Source: Terriglobia bacterium
GTDB taxonomy: Bacteria > Acidobacteriota > Polarisedimenticolia > Polarisedimenticolales > JAIQFR01
NCBI GenBank assembly: GCA_963748015.1
Contig: CAVVHE010000004.1
Location: 544,001 to 608,000 of the forward strand
Direction: 5' to 3'
Length of the DNA stretch: 64,000 nt
The translations under genes and the position numbers were made by a program. The notes under the pieces were generated by a model, which saw nothing but the letters and a program-made list of their open reading frames with translations, had not been told where the DNA came from and did no database searches. Below, one piece after another: positions 62,267-64,000 of this stretch. How positions within the stretch are numbered: the stretch's first letter is position 1; the number at the start of each line of letters is the position of its first letter.

Positions 62267-63652
62267 ATGTGCGGAATCGTCGGGATCTTCGGGCACCCTG
62301 AAGCCTCGAAACTCGCCTGCCTGGCGCTCTACGCCCTCCAGCACCGAGGACAGGAGTCCGCGGGGATCGTCACCGCGGACGGCCGGCAGCTTCACCGGCG
62401 CGCGGGAATGGGCCACGTGTCCGAGGTCTTCTCCCGCGACGTCCTCGGGGCGTTGCCGGGAGACTGCGCGCTCGGACACGTCCGCTACTCCACCTACGGC
62501 GACTCGGACCCCGCCAACGCGCAGCCGTTCCTGGTGCGGCACCACCGGGGGCCGATCGCGGTGGCGCACAACGGGAACCTCGTGGACGCCGGCCTCCTGC
62601 GCGGCGACCTCGAGGGCGAGGGGTCGATCTTCCAGACGACGACCGACACCGAGGCGGTCCTCCACCTCGTGGCGCGGTCGCGCGAGCCGGACGTCGTGGA
62701 CGCGATCGTCGGCGCGCTCAGGCAGGTGCGCGGCGCCTACACGATGGTGTTCCTGGTGCCGGGGCGACTCATCGCGGTGCGCGATCCCATGGGGTTCCGG
62801 CCGCTGTCTCTCGGGCGCCTCGACAAGGGCTGGGTGCTCGCGAGCGAGACCTGCGCCTTCGACCTCCTCGGCGTCGAGAAGGTCAAGGATCTCGAGCGAG
62901 GGGAAGTCCTCGTGGTGGACGTCGCCGGGGTCCACTCGTTCCGCCCGTTCCCGCCGGCGCGCCCCGCCCCCTGCGCGTTCGAGCACGTCTATTTCTCCCG
63001 TCCCGACAGCGAGCTCTTCGGGCGCTCGGTGCAGGCGGTCCGCAAGCGTCTGGGCGAGGAGCTGTTCCGGGAGCAGCCCGCCGAGGCGGACTTGGTGGTG
63101 CCGGTCCCGGACTCCGGCAATTTCGCGGCGCTCGGCTACGCTCGCGCGTCGGGAGTGCCGTTCGAGCTCGGCCTCACCCGGAACCACTACATCGGGAGGA
63201 CCTTCATCGAGCCGAGCGTCGAGATCCGGAACTTCGGCGTGAAGGTCAAGCTGAACCCGGTGCGCGAGGTACTCGCGGGACGCAGGATCGTATTGATCGA
63301 CGACTCCATCGTGCGGGGGACCACCAGCCGGAAGATCGTCCAGCTCTGCCGGGACGCCGGCGCGCGCGAGGTGCACGTCCGCATCTCGTGTCCGCCGACG
63401 ATCGGCCCCTGCTACTACGGCATCGACACCCCGCGCCGGGAGGAGCTGATCGCGGCGCGCCACACGATGGAGGAGATCCGAGAGTACGTCGGCTCGGATT
63501 CCCTGGGCTACCTGAGTCTCCAAGGGCTCCTGAAGGCCATGGAAGCCGAGCCGGACTCGTTCTGCACCGCCTGCTGGACGGACGAGCACCCGGTGGCGAT
63601 CCCGAGGGCCGAGGCGGACCAGCTGCGCCTGTTCGAGAGGGAGCCGCGCTGA
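62267..63652 (+). CDS. purF: Amidophosphoribosyltransferase
   Basis: N-terminal MCGIVG, LQHRGQESAG, GHVRYST, HNGN, DDSIVRGTT; TATAAT at 62190-62195 upstream. Confidence 0.97.
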   Translation: MCGIVGIFGHPEASKLACLALYALQHRGQESAGIVTADGRQLHRRAGMGHVSEVFSRDVLGALPGDCALGHVRYSTYGDSDPANAQPFLVRHHRGPIAVAHNGNLVDAGLLRGDLEGEGSIFQTTTDTEAVLHLVARSREPDVVDAIVGALRQVRGAYTMVFLVPGRLIAVRDPMGFRPLSLGRLDKGWVLASETCAFDLLGVEKVKDLERGEVLVVDVAGVHSFRPFPPARPAPCAFEHVYFSRPDSELFGRSVQAVRKRLGEELFREQPAEADLVVPVPDSGNFAALGYARASGVPFELGLTRNHYIGRTFIEPSVEIRNFGVKVKLNPVREVLAGRRIVLIDDSIVRGTTSRKIVQLCRDAGAREVHVRISCPPTIGPCYYGIDTPRREELIAARHTMEEIREYVGSDSLGYLSLQGLLKAMEAEPDSFCTACWTDEHPVAIPRAEADQLRLFEREPR

Positions 63653-63735
63653 CACGCGCCGTTGCCCGGCCGCAACCGGCCGGGTGGCTCGAGAGACGGC
63701 CGGGCGCCATGTTTCGCGCGTAGCGTGGAGGGCCG

Positions 63736-64000
63736 ATGGACGATTCGAAACCCGAGACCGATTTCCCGGATCGTCTCACGTACCGTGCCGCCGGTGTCGA
63801 CATCGACGCCCAGGACGACGCGCTTCGCAGGATCAAGTCGCTGCTGAAGGGGACGCGCACTCCGGGGGTTCTCGCGGACCTCGGGGCGTTCGGCGGGATG
63901 TTCGCGCCGGATCTCGCGGGGCTGGCCCGGCCGGTCCTCGTCGCCTCCTGCGACGGCGTCGGGACGAAGCTGAAGGTCGCCTTCGCGGCGGGGGTGCACG
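63736..64000 (+). CDS. purM: Phosphoribosylformylglycinamidine cyclo-ligase, N-terminal part (runs off window; not in ORF track)
   Basis: Hand translation: MDDSKPETDFPDRLTYRAAGVDID...LGAFGGMF...VLVASCDGVGTKLKVA; RBS GGAGG. Confidence 0.93.
   Translation, partial: MDDSKPETDFPDRLTYRAAGVDIDAQDDALRRIKSLLKGTRTPGVLADLGAFGGMFAPDLAGLARPVLVASCDGVGTKLKVAFAAGVH

Overview
High-GC (roughly 70% by eye) bacterial chromosomal window, densely coding and mostly housekeeping. The gene repertoire is reminiscent of Acidobacteriota, but this is an inference. In order it holds: a partial comM/yifB, an RsbW/RsbV-like pair, mutS, lolA, a polyprenyl synthase and smc. Next come divergent pyrimidine operons (pyrK-pyrD-pyrF-thrC-like-MBL and pyrR-pyrB-pyrC-lipid kinase), purC, nagZ, an M23 peptidase with an RpoH-like sigma factor, a sigma-54 two-component pair and a NodI/J-like ABC exporter. 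These are followed by pepF, tRNA-Leu(CAA), carD, rqcH and nrdR-hsp20-lon. A ~13 kb cluster combines an ECF sigma/anti-sigma pair with a hybrid type II secretion/type IV pilus system. The window ends with an M16 peptidase, dut, purB, purF and a partial purM. No CRISPR array, integrase, transposase or rRNA was seen. The most notable signals are: (i) two ~160-bp intergenic elements with different stem sequences but the same three-way-junction architecture and identical junction motifs; (ii) the T2SS/T4P cluster headed by ECF sigma, anti-sigma and a stand-alone secretin-N protein, with a lipoprotein secretin carrying a cohesin-like tail, an Ig-like lipoprotein between the pseudopilins and a pilC broken by four 1-nt indels; (iii) an unannotated 36-aa membrane peptide behind a sigma-54 promoter; (iv) a PyrR-binding loop overlapping the pyrR ribosome-binding site; (v) several apparently leaderless genes. 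All calls come from reading the sequence by eye; no database search was run.
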